Positions 13,190-26,133 of a stretch of DNA of 64,000 nt are shown in pieces. The DNA is taken from the NCBI GenBank assembly GCA_964016885.1, contig OZ024743.1, forward strand, positions 56,544,001-56,608,000. The letters are read 5' to 3'. The position numbers and the translations under genes were made by a program. Positions within the stretch are counted from its first letter, which is position 1. Each line of letters begins with the position of its first letter. The notes under the pieces are model-generated. The model was not told the origin of the DNA. It made no database searches and saw nothing but the letters and a program-made list of their open reading frames with translations. The stretch is from Eledone cirrhosa (Eukaryota).

Positions 13190-13640
13190 AAAATACTGAT
13201 GTTTCCCTCTAAAAATACTTTAGGCGAGCCAAGAGACCTTGGACATTGCTACGTATGATGGCGAGGTTAAGGTGCTGAATTAGACAAGTACCACTGCGAA
13301 CATCACCCGGGTTGTTAACAATGACAAGAACTTTGTTGGCAGCAGCCTTGCTCCCACAAACATCTTGAATGTCTGACTGAAATGATATGTATAGTTTACT
13401 GATAATTCTTGATATTTCAGAATTTTATTCCGATCCGCTACAGATGTTGTAACTCTCACTTTCGGCGCAGTATTTAGGATGTGTGAAGGGGCAAAAAATT
13501 TACTAACTGTGGCGGCGTATATAAGACATCTACATCTAACCCAAGGGCAATGGGTAAGACCATCGATACTGGACAATCCTGTTGGCTCCTGAATTGGGAG
13601 TATATTGGCCCGCTTTATCAGGCTCAGCTCATTAAAACAA
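13190..13640 (-). mobile_element. CRE-type non-LTR retrotransposon fragment (restriction-like endonuclease domain)
   Basis: DGLTHCPWVRCRCLIYAATVSKFFAPSH...KILKYQEL matches the (R)PDG..PW..G..L.WDAT...A.SH...K..KY RLE pattern. Confidence 0.7.
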
Positions 13641-13650
13641 ACGATAATTT

Positions 13651-13925
13651 CCTATCAAACGCAAGAGGTGTGTAGATCTGAGAAACTCCGATGTTCTTTC
13701 GTCCTCTTTCACCCCCACTTTTCCTACAAATGTGTTGTTTCCGTCTGGTTTTAGAACACTTAACACGATTTCAGTGGGTAAAAAAATTTTTTTTTTTTTT
13801 TTCGTGTGTTATCAAGATTCTGGCAACCAAGTTTTTTTCTCGCAGAACGGAGGAGGGGAGGCCACCCACCCCACCACCACCACTATCTCGGAGTTTTCCC
13901 TACGACTTTCTTTTTCGCGTGTTAT
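13651..13925. repeat. Modular repeat, modules A and B
   Basis: 13651-13750 is a direct copy of 15905-16005; 13760-13925 is an inverted copy of 16022-16210. Confidence 0.75.
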
Positions 13926-15655
13926 AATAATAATAATGAAATTATTGTGTAAAGTGCTCAGGTGCACTACAACTCGTCAAAGGTGCATGTATAGTACATA
14001 GAATAATACACAAATGTCAGGGAAGTGAATATTGTATGAGTCATGATATACATGTGTGTATGTGTATGGAGGGGGAACATTAGGTGTAGTGTTGGCGAAT
14101 CTCGGGAAGCATGGAGGCCTTAAAGGATGCAGTGTCTCGACAGCTAACAACCGATGCAGGTAGTTTGTCCATGCTTCAGCAACTCTGAGCGTGAAAAAAT
14201 GTTTCCGAAAGTCATGGGAACTGTACTGTTTTCTGACTTTGTGGACATGCCCACGTGTGTTAGACACGTGGAAATCAAAAAGGTACTCAGGGTTGTTGTT
14301 GGCAAGATGGTTAACAATTTTGTGGGTGTTTACCAAGTCAGTCGCCAGGCGTTGGAGCTTCAATGTATCCATGCCCAGGGAAGCAAGGTGCTCAGAGTAT
14401 GGTAGATGCCTGATGGAGGGTATTCGCTTGGTTGCACGTCTCTGAACAGTTTCCAGGCGGTCAATGTTCTGAGCAAGAACAGACTGGTGTTGCAAATTCT
14501 AAGTGTGGCCGCACCATAGCCATGTACAGCCTTAAATAGATATCTGGAGAGCGGCTGACAAAAGTCTTGCTGAGTGGTGCTAAGACACCCTCGGCCCTCT
14601 TGACAATTTTAGAGACGTGCTTCGTCCAATGCAAATCGCTGCTGACCGTAATGCCCAGGTCACGTTCACAAGAAGACTTCTTGATATTAGTGCTGTGGGG
14701 GGAGTATGTAGACGCTGGGTTTTTACTCCCAAAATGCATGGTGGTGCACTTGTCCACAGCTAGCTCGAGTTGCCAGTCTGAGATCCATTGTTGCATTGTG
14801 TCCAGGTCAGATTGCAAGCAAGATCTATAGTGTTCAGGATCTGTCCTTTTTATCTCAAGGTACAGCTTGATGTCATCTGCGTACTTTAGTACTGTGGCAT
14901 TCTTTAAGTTGGCATCTATGTCATTAATATATGCCACAAACAAAAGGGGGCCAAGAACAGATCCCTGTAGTACACCAGATGACATCTCATATGGGGAGGA
15001 ATGCTGTCCCAGAACTGTGACTACCTCTCTTCGCCTGAGAATGAAGGACTTCAACCAGTTAAAAAGATCATCCTTCACACCCATTGAGGAGAGTTTTGCC
15101 ATAAGCCTTTTGTGTGGCACAGAATTGAAAGCTTTCGCAAAGTCAAGGTAAACAACATCCACCCATGAGCCGCCATCAGTGATCCGGGTGATGTCTTCAA
15201 GAAACTCGATAAGTTGATCACAACAGCTGGAGTTGGGGATAAATCCAAATTGCGAGGGCTGGATAAGACTGTGGGAGTTCCAGAAGTTCCAAAGTGTTTC
15301 TCTGACACAGGATTCCATCAGTTTGGCAATGCAACTAGTAAGAATGACTGGACGATAGTTCACAGGTGATGTCCGGTCACCCTTTTTGAACAGAGGAATG
15401 ACACTGGCAGTTTTCCACTGTTCTGGAGTAGCACCCCGTTGTTCAGACAGAATTGGATGAAGCGTGATAACTGGTGCAGAAGGAAGTACCCACCACGTTT
15501 AAGAAGCAGGTACGTAACACCGTCAAGACCAGGAGAGGTATGGTTGCGTTTATTTTTTAGGTGACGTCGCAGCATTTCAGGTGTAAATTCCATGGTTGCA
15601 ATAGAAACAGGTGTCATAGGTGGTGGAGACGGTACACTCTGGTCTTCAATAGAAT
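13923..15655 (-). mobile_element. 5'-truncated CR1-like LINE with 3' UTR and (ATT)n tail
   Basis: ORFs 15360-15617, 14461-15363 (YLDFAKAF, GVLQGSVLGP, YADD) and 13977-14495 (LETVQRRATK, TRGH, FFTLRV). Confidence 0.92.
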
Positions 15656-15659
15656 AGGG

Positions 15660-16210
15660 CCTCTAAACCAGTCGGAAACGACTAGATTTGTAGAAAACGT
15701 ACTTTTTTGCTGGACCTCTTAGCAGCTTACAATCGACTTTTTTCCCGGATAACGGTAACCTTAACTCTAAACTAACCCTACCCCTAAACTTAACCCTAAC
15801 CCTAAAAGTAACCCTAGCCCTAAACCTAGACCTAACATAACCCTAATACGGGAAAAAAGTCGATTGCAAGCATCTAAGTGGTCCTGAAATAAACAAAGGT
15901 TTCCCACCAAACGCGAGAGGTGTGTAGATCTGCGAAACTCCGATGGTCTTTTCGTCCCCTTTCTCCCTACTTTTTCTACAAATCTTGTCGTTTCCGTCTG
16001 GTTTGGGGGGTCATATTCGTTGATAACACGCGAAAAAAAAATCCGTTGGAAAAACTCTGAGGAAGGGGGTTATCCGAGGGGGAACCACCCCACCCCTCCG
16101 TTCTCCTGGGAAAAAAACTTGATTGCCAGAATCTAGGAGGTTAGATTAGTTGATAGCACACGAAAAAGAAAAAAAGAGGGGAAATTCCCCCCCCCCCTCC
16201 ACTGAAATCG
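15660..16210. repeat. Nested inverted-repeat element with a (TAACCC)n core
   Basis: Outer IR 15665-15697/15972-16004; inner IR 15712-15747/15849-15884; telomere-like repeats at 15755-15848. Confidence 0.8.
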
Positions 16211-17330
16211 AGTGGAGCGTGCTATAATGATACCAAACATATTTTTTAAACTTAAACCCTAGTTAAAGAAAAGAAATTTCATCTCAACCAGATTTCATTA
16301 ATAGAGCATCACACACCAGCTTTCTCTCTAAAAGTCTGTGAGGTCTTGTAAAGGTCATGGGCACTGCCCCGCCTAACTTGACTGTCTCATTTAAAAGAAT
16401 AACTTTGAATCACCACCTACGCTATTTTCAACGAAGATAAACACTGAACAGTTTCTGAATAGGTTACTAAAAGAAATATGTGTGTTAGTTTAACATAAAT
16501 ATTGCCGCAAAACAAACTGTCTGCAGTAGCTCCATTTAATAAGGGAGTTAATTGAGATTGTCTCCAGGTGCGAGTGATAGTAATGTGTTTAATCAAACTA
16601 TACAGAGTACCATTCTGTCATTTAGGTAGTACAGATGTCATTCACTTAGAGTTAAAGCTATCAATAAAATTAAAATCTATTTCATAAAGGAGAAAAAAAA
16701 AACAATGTAAATAAAAGGTGTAAATACAAAACATGGGTCTAAATATAATCAGTACATTAATTACGTGTTACACCTAATGGCAGCTAGTAACGTAACTCCT
16801 TGTCTTCAATAATGTCTCGGTAAGATCCTATTAACTTCTCCCATTGTTTACATTTAAAATATATTTTGTTGACTATAAATATTTACACATCCAAACATAT
16901 ATAATGTGTTATATACACACACATACATTTATATGTATGTATATATATAATTACAATTATGTTACATTGGAAAAGGCATGAATGTCGCAGCAACCTGAAG
17001 CTGTACAACTATGTTAGAGTTTGATTTTAAGTTATATTGATAGAAACTATAACGTCTAGAAGTTCTTACGTCGACACTGGAAGTTGTAGGTTATTCCACC
17101 TGTGCTAAAAGACCATTGTTATTGTTTGTTGAGAGGACTCGATCTTTGCTGATACTATTGTTATTGGTGAGAGGAAACATCTAGACTTCAGAGATGTTAC
17201 ATATATATAGATAGATAGAAAGATATAGATACATACATACACACTGAAGTGGATGTTTTAAATATTATCGTACATAAGAGCACTCAATACATGCGAACAG
17301 TGTGTAAAATTTATTTTAAGAATAAGTTGA

Positions 17331-17401
17331 CAGTGACTTCGAAATTTCAGGTATAGGTTCATCTGCCAGATGAACCAATACTTGAAACTTCGAAGTCACT
17401 G
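17331..17401. repeat. Near-perfect palindrome (35-bp arms) containing an HHR 3' half
   Basis: Centre at 17366, 3 mismatches; GAAAC-TTCGAA-GTC. Confidence 0.85.
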
Positions 17402-18213
17402 CCACCTTTCTCTTCAACATATATTTCAATATATATATTCGTGATTCAGGTGCCTGACTTCTGATTACTAGTACTTTATACAAATTGTAACTAGCTCAAG
17501 AAGCGCAATGATAAACAAACAATTATGTTTATATTTCAGCAATTTGTTTAAATAATTTATAGTTGTATTGTTTATTAATGTCGGTGACAGTAAGATATAT
17601 TGTACATTTAGCCTAAACGTTTCACTTCTAACTTTGATCTTGTAATATATTTAATTGCTCAATAAATATAAAAAGTAAACAAGGTAGTTAGGCTCGGACA
17701 CTGAGCACATGGTTAGAGGGTCAAACTTTACTTACTTCCGTAAACAGCCGCTGTATTAATTCTGAAACACATAACAAATGTTTTGGTGTTCTTTCGTTTT
17801 AAGGAGATATTACGTGAATTTTGATAATTACTTGGGGTATGTAAATTCCGAATGATTTATTAGTAAAAGGAAAGGAAATATCGCAGTATGCATGGTACAT
17901 CACTTTATCTCTTTTCCACATATCTACAGGAACTTTGTAAATGTAAATTCAGAATTAAATCCATCACTATACCGCTCCCTCCTCTAATCTCTCATGAGGA
18001 GCAGAAGTGACTGGTACCTGTAACTTACGGCCCCAGGTATAAATGTATTTTCCTGGCCCAAACACTCAGCTCTCAATAGTTCTCATTGTTCATAAAATAA
18101 AATAGTAACTCCTCTATCTTCTAAAAATGGAAGAACATGTGGTTTTTCAGCGCGGTCGTATTTTTCAAAACACTTCCTTGTTTTTTTGACAACCAAATTG
18201 TATAGGATGCTTT

Positions 18214-18516
18214 CAGGGGCGTAACTAGGGTATGGCAAGCACGGCACGTGTCACAGGCGTCACTAGAGGGAGGAGGGGTACACTTGAACTAGGATCACTT
18301 TCTATTAAAGTCAGATAAGCTATCGTCGGAGAGTGAAAAAAAGAGCTTTTTCAGATGTATGATGTGTCTTTGATTATCAGGGGTGAGAAATACTATGCTG
18401 GCCGGATCATTAAACCATTTATATAAATTATTAGGCCCATAGTTAAAAATACAGTGCTGGGCAGATGCACAATTTCAATGCTGCCATGGGCGCTATTTTC
18501 CTTAATTACGCCCCTC
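18214..18516. mobile_element. hAT-type MITE
   Basis: TIRs caggggcgtaact / aattacgcccctc; TSD not clear. Confidence 0.6.
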
Positions 18517-18618
18517 GGTGTAAGAGCTGTGTCATTCAACATTTTTTTTTTCTTGGACTAAAAGAAAAAAACATTTTAGTTTTATTAGTATAAAAAAATA
18601 AGTGTTTGAAATAAAATT

Positions 18619-18804
18619 AATTGTTTCTACTTTAGGCACAAGGCCAGCAAATATCCAGTTCATTACTGGTACTTTATTTTATCGACCCCGTAAGGATGAA
18701 AGGCAAAGTCAACCTCGGCGGGATTTGAACTCAGATCGTAAAGGGACGTAACTATGCTGGAAAGCATGGCGTCCGACCCTCTACCGATACTGCCAATCCA
18801 CCGC
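18619..18804 (-). mobile_element. tRNA-derived SINE, full length and young
   Basis: Flanked by the TSD tgtttgaaataaaattaat; partial copy follows at about 18912-19000. Confidence 0.92.
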
Positions 18805-19019
18805 TGTTTGAAATAAAATTAATGTTTAATAAAATATGAAAAAAAATTGAATTTGAAAATATAGTCACAATGCAAAATAACTATAGTAATAGTTGAAAAC
18901 TATAAATAATAATAATTGTTTCTACTTTTTGCACAAGGCCAGCAATTATCCCAGTGCATTACTGGTACTTTATTTTATCGACCCCGTAAGAATGAAAGAC
19001 AACCGTAAGGATGAGGGCC

Positions 19020-19290
19020 AACCAATCACAATACCAATGGCGGATACCGAACACACTTAGACCTGGGTGGATTTTGACATAGCTTTTCACAGTGTACAGT
19101 CAAGTTTTCAGCTGTCCACTTCGTCATTTGCGCCATCCTTGAAGTGGTTGTGAATCAACTATTTCACAGATGAATTCATCCAGTTGATGCTGAAGTGCAT
19201 GGCCAAACCCTCTCAGTTGACGTCCGTGAAGAATGTTCCCGATCAGTTTGGTGTTGCAGTGCAAGCGAACCTCTGCATTTGATAGGAAGT
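19020..19290 (-). mobile_element. RTE LINE 3' fragment
   Basis: LRGFGHAL...GWRK*RSGQLKT*...VFGIRHWYCDW. Confidence 0.55.
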
Positions 19291-19760
19291 GGTGCCAGCA
19301 GACACAAAGGTACTTTATTCATAAATATTGAAAGGATGAAAGGCAATGTTGACCTTGGTGTGTTTTGAACACAGAGTAGAGTGCCAAGAGCCGGAATAAA
19401 TACTGCAAAGCATTCTATCCAACTTGCTAACTACACTGGCAACTCGCTATCTCATTATTATAACTAACATTGGAATCACATTAACAAATTTTTAGGATAA
19501 TCTTATCAGTTATATAGCCTCCATTCATAGAAATCTGATTTAATGGATTCCAGATTTAACAGAAAAAATAATTAAAATAATGGTTTCTGATTTAGGCTCA
19601 AGGCCAACAATTTTTTAGGGAGGAAAAGGGTGATTAAATCGACCCCAGTACATTACTGGTACTTTATTTTATCAACCCTGTAAGGATGAAAGGCAAAGCT
19701 AACCTCTGCAGGATTTGAACTCAGAGCATAAAGGGCCGTAACTCTATTCTGCAAAGCATA
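19290..19760 (-). mobile_element. Two diverged SINE copies (main family)
   Basis: ggatgaaaggcaa core and ttgaac B-box at about 19330-19370 and 19680-19725. Confidence 0.7.
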
Positions 19761-20309
19761 ATATACTACACTACCACAAATATTCTTGAACTACACTGAA
19801 AAGTGAGGTCAAATTATGTATTATTTGCTATGATTGAATAATTTTATATTAGCTCAACTCATAGTAATTCCACGTTATAGTTAGACAACCACCAAATAAT
19901 AAAAACCAATAACATTTTAAATGTTTTATTTATAAGTTATATATTATCATCATCATTTAATATTCATTTTCCATGCTAGAATGGGTTAGATGGGTCGTCT
20001 CATTGTGAGATAAGTCAGATGTGGTGACTGTTTTACTCATACAGAACTGTTTCTGGCTTGGTTTCTACAGCTGGATGCATTTTCTAATGCCAACCACATT
20101 TACAAAGTGAACTGGGTACTTTTTATTGTGGCACTAACACAACCAACTGACAGGTTGGACTTGGGTACTCTTTCATTGTGACACTAGTATGACCACCTTA
20201 CAGGGCGGACAGGTGCTTTTTCTTGTGTCACCAACATGACCAACTTACAGGGTGCTTTTTGTTGTGTCACAGTTGCTTGCTACTTAAAGCAAATGTGTTG
20301 ATTCCTGAC

Positions 20310-21775
20310 CATAGGTAAGGTTTAGCATGAACACTGAATTGAAGATAGAGAGTTTGGCTTTTACACTTACCTCCTTTCTTCTGATGATCAAGTGTGGCAG
20401 CTGGCACATGACTGCATCAGCTCCTGCAATTCATGCACTTAATTCAGCCTCTTGCCTTTAATCTCTTCTGAAAATGGCCCTAAGACATTTGAACTTCTCC
20501 ACATTCACAGTCTTTCTTAAGAGGATGAATGTTTCAGTTCTCAGAGCACTGATTTTCTCTAATTTCATGTAGCAATCAGCAGCAAACCTATTCAGTGAAT
20601 GTTGAAGATCATCTTCCAACAAGTTAAGTATGATAGAACCATGTTGTTTGCAAATTCTAACTCCATCCAGTCATAATACCACTTCCAACTTGGCTGCACA
20701 TGTGAATCCTGTTCATAAAGATTATGAACAGGAGAGATTACAGTACGCACCCTTGGCAAAGTCTGAATAGTTTCAACTTAACATTCATATAGGAACTTCA
20801 AGACAACAAAAAGCTGTCTGTCAATCCCGTAGTTCCTGCAGAACCTCCATCAAGAAGTCCCTTGGAATGCAGTTGTAAGCCTTTCCAAGGTCTATGAAAG
20901 AAGCATTCACTTCTTAGCAATAAATCCAAAATTTTTCAAAGAACTGCCTCAGTGTGAATATTTGGTCAACTGTGCTGTATCCATAGTGAAAACCACACTG
21001 TTCATCAGTTAGCTTGGACTCGACAATATCCCTACATCTCTTTACCAGACACTTAGCATAGACTTTATTGGAGAGGTTTAACAAGGAGCTCCCTCTGTAA
21101 TTGGAACAATCTCTCTTGTCTCCCTTTTTGAAAATTGGGATTATCACTCCCGATTGTCAATGCTTAGGTGCCTTTCCAGAAATCCAGGCCACCCAGCATA
21201 CATAAGTCAGCCAGAAAATATCTTCTCTATTTAAGGCTTTTAACCTCTTAGACCAAAATTCATTCTCTATTTAAGACCTCTTAGACCAAAATTCATTCTC
21301 CTCAAAGTCCTTGCGACATTTGAACTCATTAATTGCTCTGGTGACCTTAGCCTCTAGATGCACCTCATTTACATCAGAAAATGTTGTGCCTGTGTTTAGG
21401 AGGTCAGCAAAGTATTCTCTCCACCTCGTGAGAATATACTTCTCTTCAGAGAGAAGAATCCCAGACATGTTCCTGGTAACAGGTGTAGAGGGGGACTTCT
21501 TATTACGAAGTCAGCAGATGGTCTAAATTTGGATTCCCCCTCCACACCTGCTATCAGCAACATGTCTGGGATTCTTCTCTTAATACACTCCTGCCACTGC
21601 TGACACTTATGGCACTGCACCTGCATAGTAGAGTTTCCATTCAATATACAGTACTAGAGCAATGGAACTTTATTGAAGAAACCCCAACTATATCTAACCA
21701 GTAACATCTGGCCTCCTCCACTACTTCCTTCTCTTTACCTGTAAGAGTTGTAACTTTCCAGTTTTAGTTATTAAT
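20310..21775 (-). mobile_element. Internally deleted RTE (Expander/Rex3-like) LINE
   Basis: N-terminal endonuclease NWKVTTLTGKEKEVVEEARCYWLDIVGVSS at about 21670-21770 joined to ILTRWREYF and IPIFKKGDKRDCSNYRG...EQCGF. Confidence 0.85.
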
Positions 21776-22189
21776 GTTTCAATACCGACTATATTTTTTT
21801 AATTTTGTTATCTGTTATACATAAACATATGTTTAACTATATTTTACAGACAAAAGTTATACAATGATGGAAATATTTTGTTTTCTGCTATACATAAACA
21901 TATGTCAACTATTTAACAAACCTATTTAACAAAGTTATACAATGAGGGAATTATTTTTTTAAAAAATTAAGTAATGAAAAGGGGAGGGGGATGTAAAGAA
22001 GGGCAGATCTGGATGTAAAGGAAAGGACTATAAATACCATAAATGAGAAGAACAAGGACTGTTAGGCAAAAATCTTTAATTGTTGTAGGATCTCCATTGC
22101 TTCCAATGGCAAATGTTCTCGTTGTTTGATCAATGGAATAACCTTCTCGTGAAATTAATGTGCAAATGACTGAGTATTCTACAGACACA

Positions 22190-22840
22190 TGTACCCTTGA
22201 TGTAATTCTCAGGGAGATTCATTGTGATACCATGTGTGACAAAGCTGGCCCTTTGAATTACAGGTACTACTTATTTTTGGTAGCGGAGTGGTCTGGAGCA
22301 ACATGAAATAAAGTATCTTGCTCAAAGACACAACAAGCCCCTGGTAATTGAACTCCTGATTTTACTTCCATTTTTATCCAAAAAACTTAACCACTAAACC
22401 ATGCATGTACCCTTAAAACATAGTTCTCAGTGAGATTCAGCCAAGTTGTCCCTTTGAATCAGAGGATTGTTTACAGCTGAGTGAATGGGAGCATCATGAA
22501 ATGAAGTGTCTTGCTCAAGGATACAACATGCTACCCAGACCAGGAATCGATCTCATGACCTTACGGTTTTGCATTGAACACCTTAACCCTTTCATGACTG
22601 CATTTCTAATGGAATACACTTTATTTTAATTAATTAATGAAGAATTTTGAGAGATTTGATAAAATTATTAATTATTTCATTACTAAGATTGTAACTTAAT
22701 GTAAGGTTCTTATATAAAATTATGTTGGAAAATTTAAATCTAAATTGGAAACCTTTAAAATAGGTGATTTTATTTCAAAGAACCAGAACCAATTTGGACC
22801 AGGTTGGTAACTAAAGCGTTAACCACTACACCTATGCCCT
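22190..22840 (-). mobile_element. Second SINE family (cttgagcaagacact core), two copies
   Basis: gt(g/a)tcttgctcaa..acaac core twice; related copies near 29620, 34170, 38860, 41980 and 55770. Confidence 0.65.
22587..22818. mobile_element. piggyBac-type MITE inserted in a SINE
   Basis: TTAA on both sides (22583-22586, 22819-22822); ends ccctttcatgac / gtaactaaagcg. Confidence 0.6.
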
Positions 22841-24059
22841 TATGATGATTTAATTAACCATGTGACCAGTGTTCAGAAAAGGTTTTAGCTGTATAAACGC
22901 TGAAAAAATGTTTCTGAGAGAATCCTTTAGTCACATGATTTATTTAGTGCTGGTGCCATGAAAAATGCACCCAGGAAACTTAGTAAAGTAGCTGGTGATA
23001 GGAAAAACATCCAGTCATAGAAAACTTGCCAAACAAAGGGTCAAAAGGACCCTTCAGCTGTGTCAAAGATATGACAACCTCCCTATTGTTAGTGCTATGA
23101 TAAAATCTACCTGACACACGGCATATGGAACACTGTATAAACTGCGGGCATATATGTAAAGGAAATACAACACCTCGCCTGACAGGGGAGTCGGTAGCTC
23201 TGATTAAGTACTGGCTCAGACTATGATGACCTGTCCAACCCTTGCTAGCAGGGAAAACTGATATTAAATGGTGATGATGAATTGTGATTCTCTTCAATGT
23301 TGTTCTCTCCTTGGTTTCACTTCTCACTTTTAGTTCTTTACTTCCTAAAGTGATTCCCAGCCACTAAACAACAACCAAAGAAACTCCAAATTTTTTTTTA
23401 CTCTTTAACTGACTTCTGTCATCAGACTGCACTAAATTAAAGTTGATTATATCGACTTCAGTAGTTTTTTTTTTTTCAAGCATGGTACTTATTTTATCAA
23501 CCCGTTTTGCTGAAATGTTAAGTTATGAGGCATAAACCCAGATACAGTTGTGGATACAAATACAAACATAGATACACACACATCTCTCTCTCTCTCTCTG
23601 TATATATATATATATATATATACATACTGGCTTCCACACACTTTCCATGTACCAAATTTCACTCACACATCATTTGTCAATCCAAGACTATAATAGAAAG
23701 CACTTGCCTAAGGAGTCATCCAGTGGTATTGAACCTGAAGCTGCATGGTTATGAAACAAACTCATTAACCACACAGCCAAGCCTGCACCTATCCTCCTCA
23801 GATGATAACTTTACTTCGAAGTTTATCAGTTGATGTTATTTACCATTCAGCAATCTACTTCAGCCTCTTCTGAGAACTTCACTCAAACGAAACCTTTATT
23901 AGAAATTGAATTTCCTCTTTTTCCAACTATCTACTTACTCCCAGAGAAGCCACTACTTATAATTGGCAGAGTCATTAAAATGCTTGATTAAAAATACCTC
24001 CATATTTGTACTGGCTCACTGCACTCTGAGTTCAAATCCCACCAAAGTCATACTTTGCC

Positions 24060-24290
24060 TTTCGAGGTCTTCTTCTTTGCCCACTTATTCCTGAGAAGGT
24101 CATGGGGGCAAAGTACTCAAACACTCCTTCCAGCGGGTCCTGTCAGAAACGACCGGCTCCAACTGATGCGGCTGGATCCCCAAGTGAGACCAGCCAAGCT
24201 CTTGGATGTTATCCAACCATCTTGCTCTGGGTCTACTTCTAGGTCTCTTGCCGGTTGGTTTTGCCCATAAAATCTGTCCAATGATTCTTT
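24060..24290 (-). mobile_element. RTE LINE 3' end fragment
   Basis: Inverted homologue of 44290-44500. Confidence 0.75.
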
Positions 24291-24467
24291 CCTGTTAAGC
24301 CTCCCTGGTAAAGTCTATGCCTTTCGAAGTCAATAAATAAAAAGTAGTAGTTGATACTGGGGTTGATTCTTCCGCTATCTCTCTTTATGGCTTTCTCTAT
24401 TTGTCTGTCTTTCTCTCTCTTTCTTTCTATGAAAGAAATCAGCTGTGTTCTGTCTGGAGAGAGATAA

Positions 24468-26133
24468 CAGTGAAACAAAAAAAAATGTTTTCTCTGTTCC
24501 TGGCTTGTAATCACTTTTTTTGTGTTGCTTAGGTCCCAAATAAATTTTTAAAAAAAGTGCTATTAAACAGTTAAAAGTTTGGGTTTGTAAAAATTCTAAG
24601 CTATTCACTAGAATTATTTGTATGCTGGATTTTACGTTGTATGTAAATTTAATTTGCTTATGTTAAATGATTTTTTTATATATGTTTCAGGATAAATTAA
24701 AATTATAAAATAAAGAGTAATACCTAAAGAAAATTATAAAAGTGCAATAAAGTATAAAATTGTTAAAAAGTGGATTAAAGAGATTTATTGATACTGGATT
24801 TTCGCACCCTGAATAAAGGGTAAGTTGTGTTTTAAGCATTCGTCTCCAGGATGAAGCAGTGGAACTTGGTCAAGGAGGAAGTGCAGGTGACAAGTCAGAG
24901 AAGTCAACACGAACCTTTCTCAGTTATTGGGGTGCTGTTTGTGCCCAAAGAGTGGCGACTATTTATAGACAGCTCCACCACAAGTTTGAAGGTTGTCCTC
25001 CTCCACAATGGAAACAAGTTTCTGACACTGCCCCTAGCTCATTCAGTCTGCCTGAAGGAAGATTACTACAGTGTGAAAGTCCTCTTGGAAGCTCTGCAAT
25101 ACAACGAGTACAATTGGGAAATCATTGGAGACTTCAAGATGGTGGCTTTCCTGCTTGGACTCCAAGGAGGCTTTATCAAATTCCAATGCTTCCTCTGCCT
25201 TTGGGACAGCAGAGCCACCTCTGACCACTACAAAAGAAAGAACTGGGAGCAGCGAACAGAATTTATAGTTGGGACTCGGAACGTCATGTGGGAGCCACTG
25301 GTTGATCCCAGGATTGTGCTCATGCCGCCACTGCACATTAAGTTGGGGTTGATGAAGCAGTTTGTGAAGGCTCTCAACCAAGAATCAGCCACTTTTAAGT
25401 ACCTTCTTGAGTTCTTCCCCAAGTTATCTGAGGCCAAAATCAAAGGTGGAATTTCTGTTGGACCTCAGATAAAGAAGGTGTTTGAGTCTACTGAGTTCTC
25501 CAATAAGCTCAATAGGATTGAGAGAAAAGCATGGAACTGTTTCGAGGCAGTTTTTAAGGGCTTCCTGGGCAACTACAGAGCTGAAAACTACCAGGAACTG
25601 GTGAAGGATCTGATAAAGGCTTTTGGCGCCATGGGATGCAGGATGTTGCTTAAACTCCATATGCTGGACGCTCACCTGGAAAAATTCAAGGACAATATGG
25701 GCGCCTACTCAGAAGAACAAGGCGACTGATTCCACCAAGATGTGAAAGAGATAGAGCGGAGGTACCAGGGTCACTACAATGAAAAAAGGATGGGGGACTA
25801 GTGTGGGAATGCGACTTGGACTACAACCGCAAATCCAGGAAATCCAGTCATTTCTGACGTGTATAAATTGCTTTATAAGTGTTATTTGTTTTTACTTGTT
25901 TGCTTTTGATAAGCTTGTGTAATAAAATAAATATATACTCTGTTGATTTAATTATATGAACTGATAAATTTTTTTGTAAATGTGTTTTTTGTTGAAAAAT
26001 ATGAAAATTTCGAAATATCAAACTCCTCACCACAAACCCAAACTTCTGATTAAATAATAGTGTTTTTTTATAATAATGGGATATAACAAACCAGGAAATA
26101 AGAACCATGGAACAAAAACTATGTTACACGGTG
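24468..26133 (+). mobile_element. Chapaev3-like (CMC) DNA transposon, internally deleted
   Basis: Right end gttacacggtg and left end cagtgaaaca, with TAA flanking both; contains a transposase ORF. Confidence 0.7.
24851..25850 (+). pseudogene. Chapaev3-like transposase, N-terminally deleted with premature stop
   Basis: WRLFIDSS..SLK.VLLHNGN, CFLCLWDSRA, PPLHIKLGLMKQFVKAL, SEEQGD*FHQD...RRYQG. Confidence 0.8.

Noticed and set aside
16740-17200. Possible promoter or first exon of the ZF gene (ggtaag donor at about 16819)
   Set aside because: Only short motifs; cannot be supported without transcript data
23790-23880. Possible hammerhead on the minus strand (cagaaga...taaac ttcgaa gta)
   Set aside because: Both core motifs are mutated and stem I does not pair
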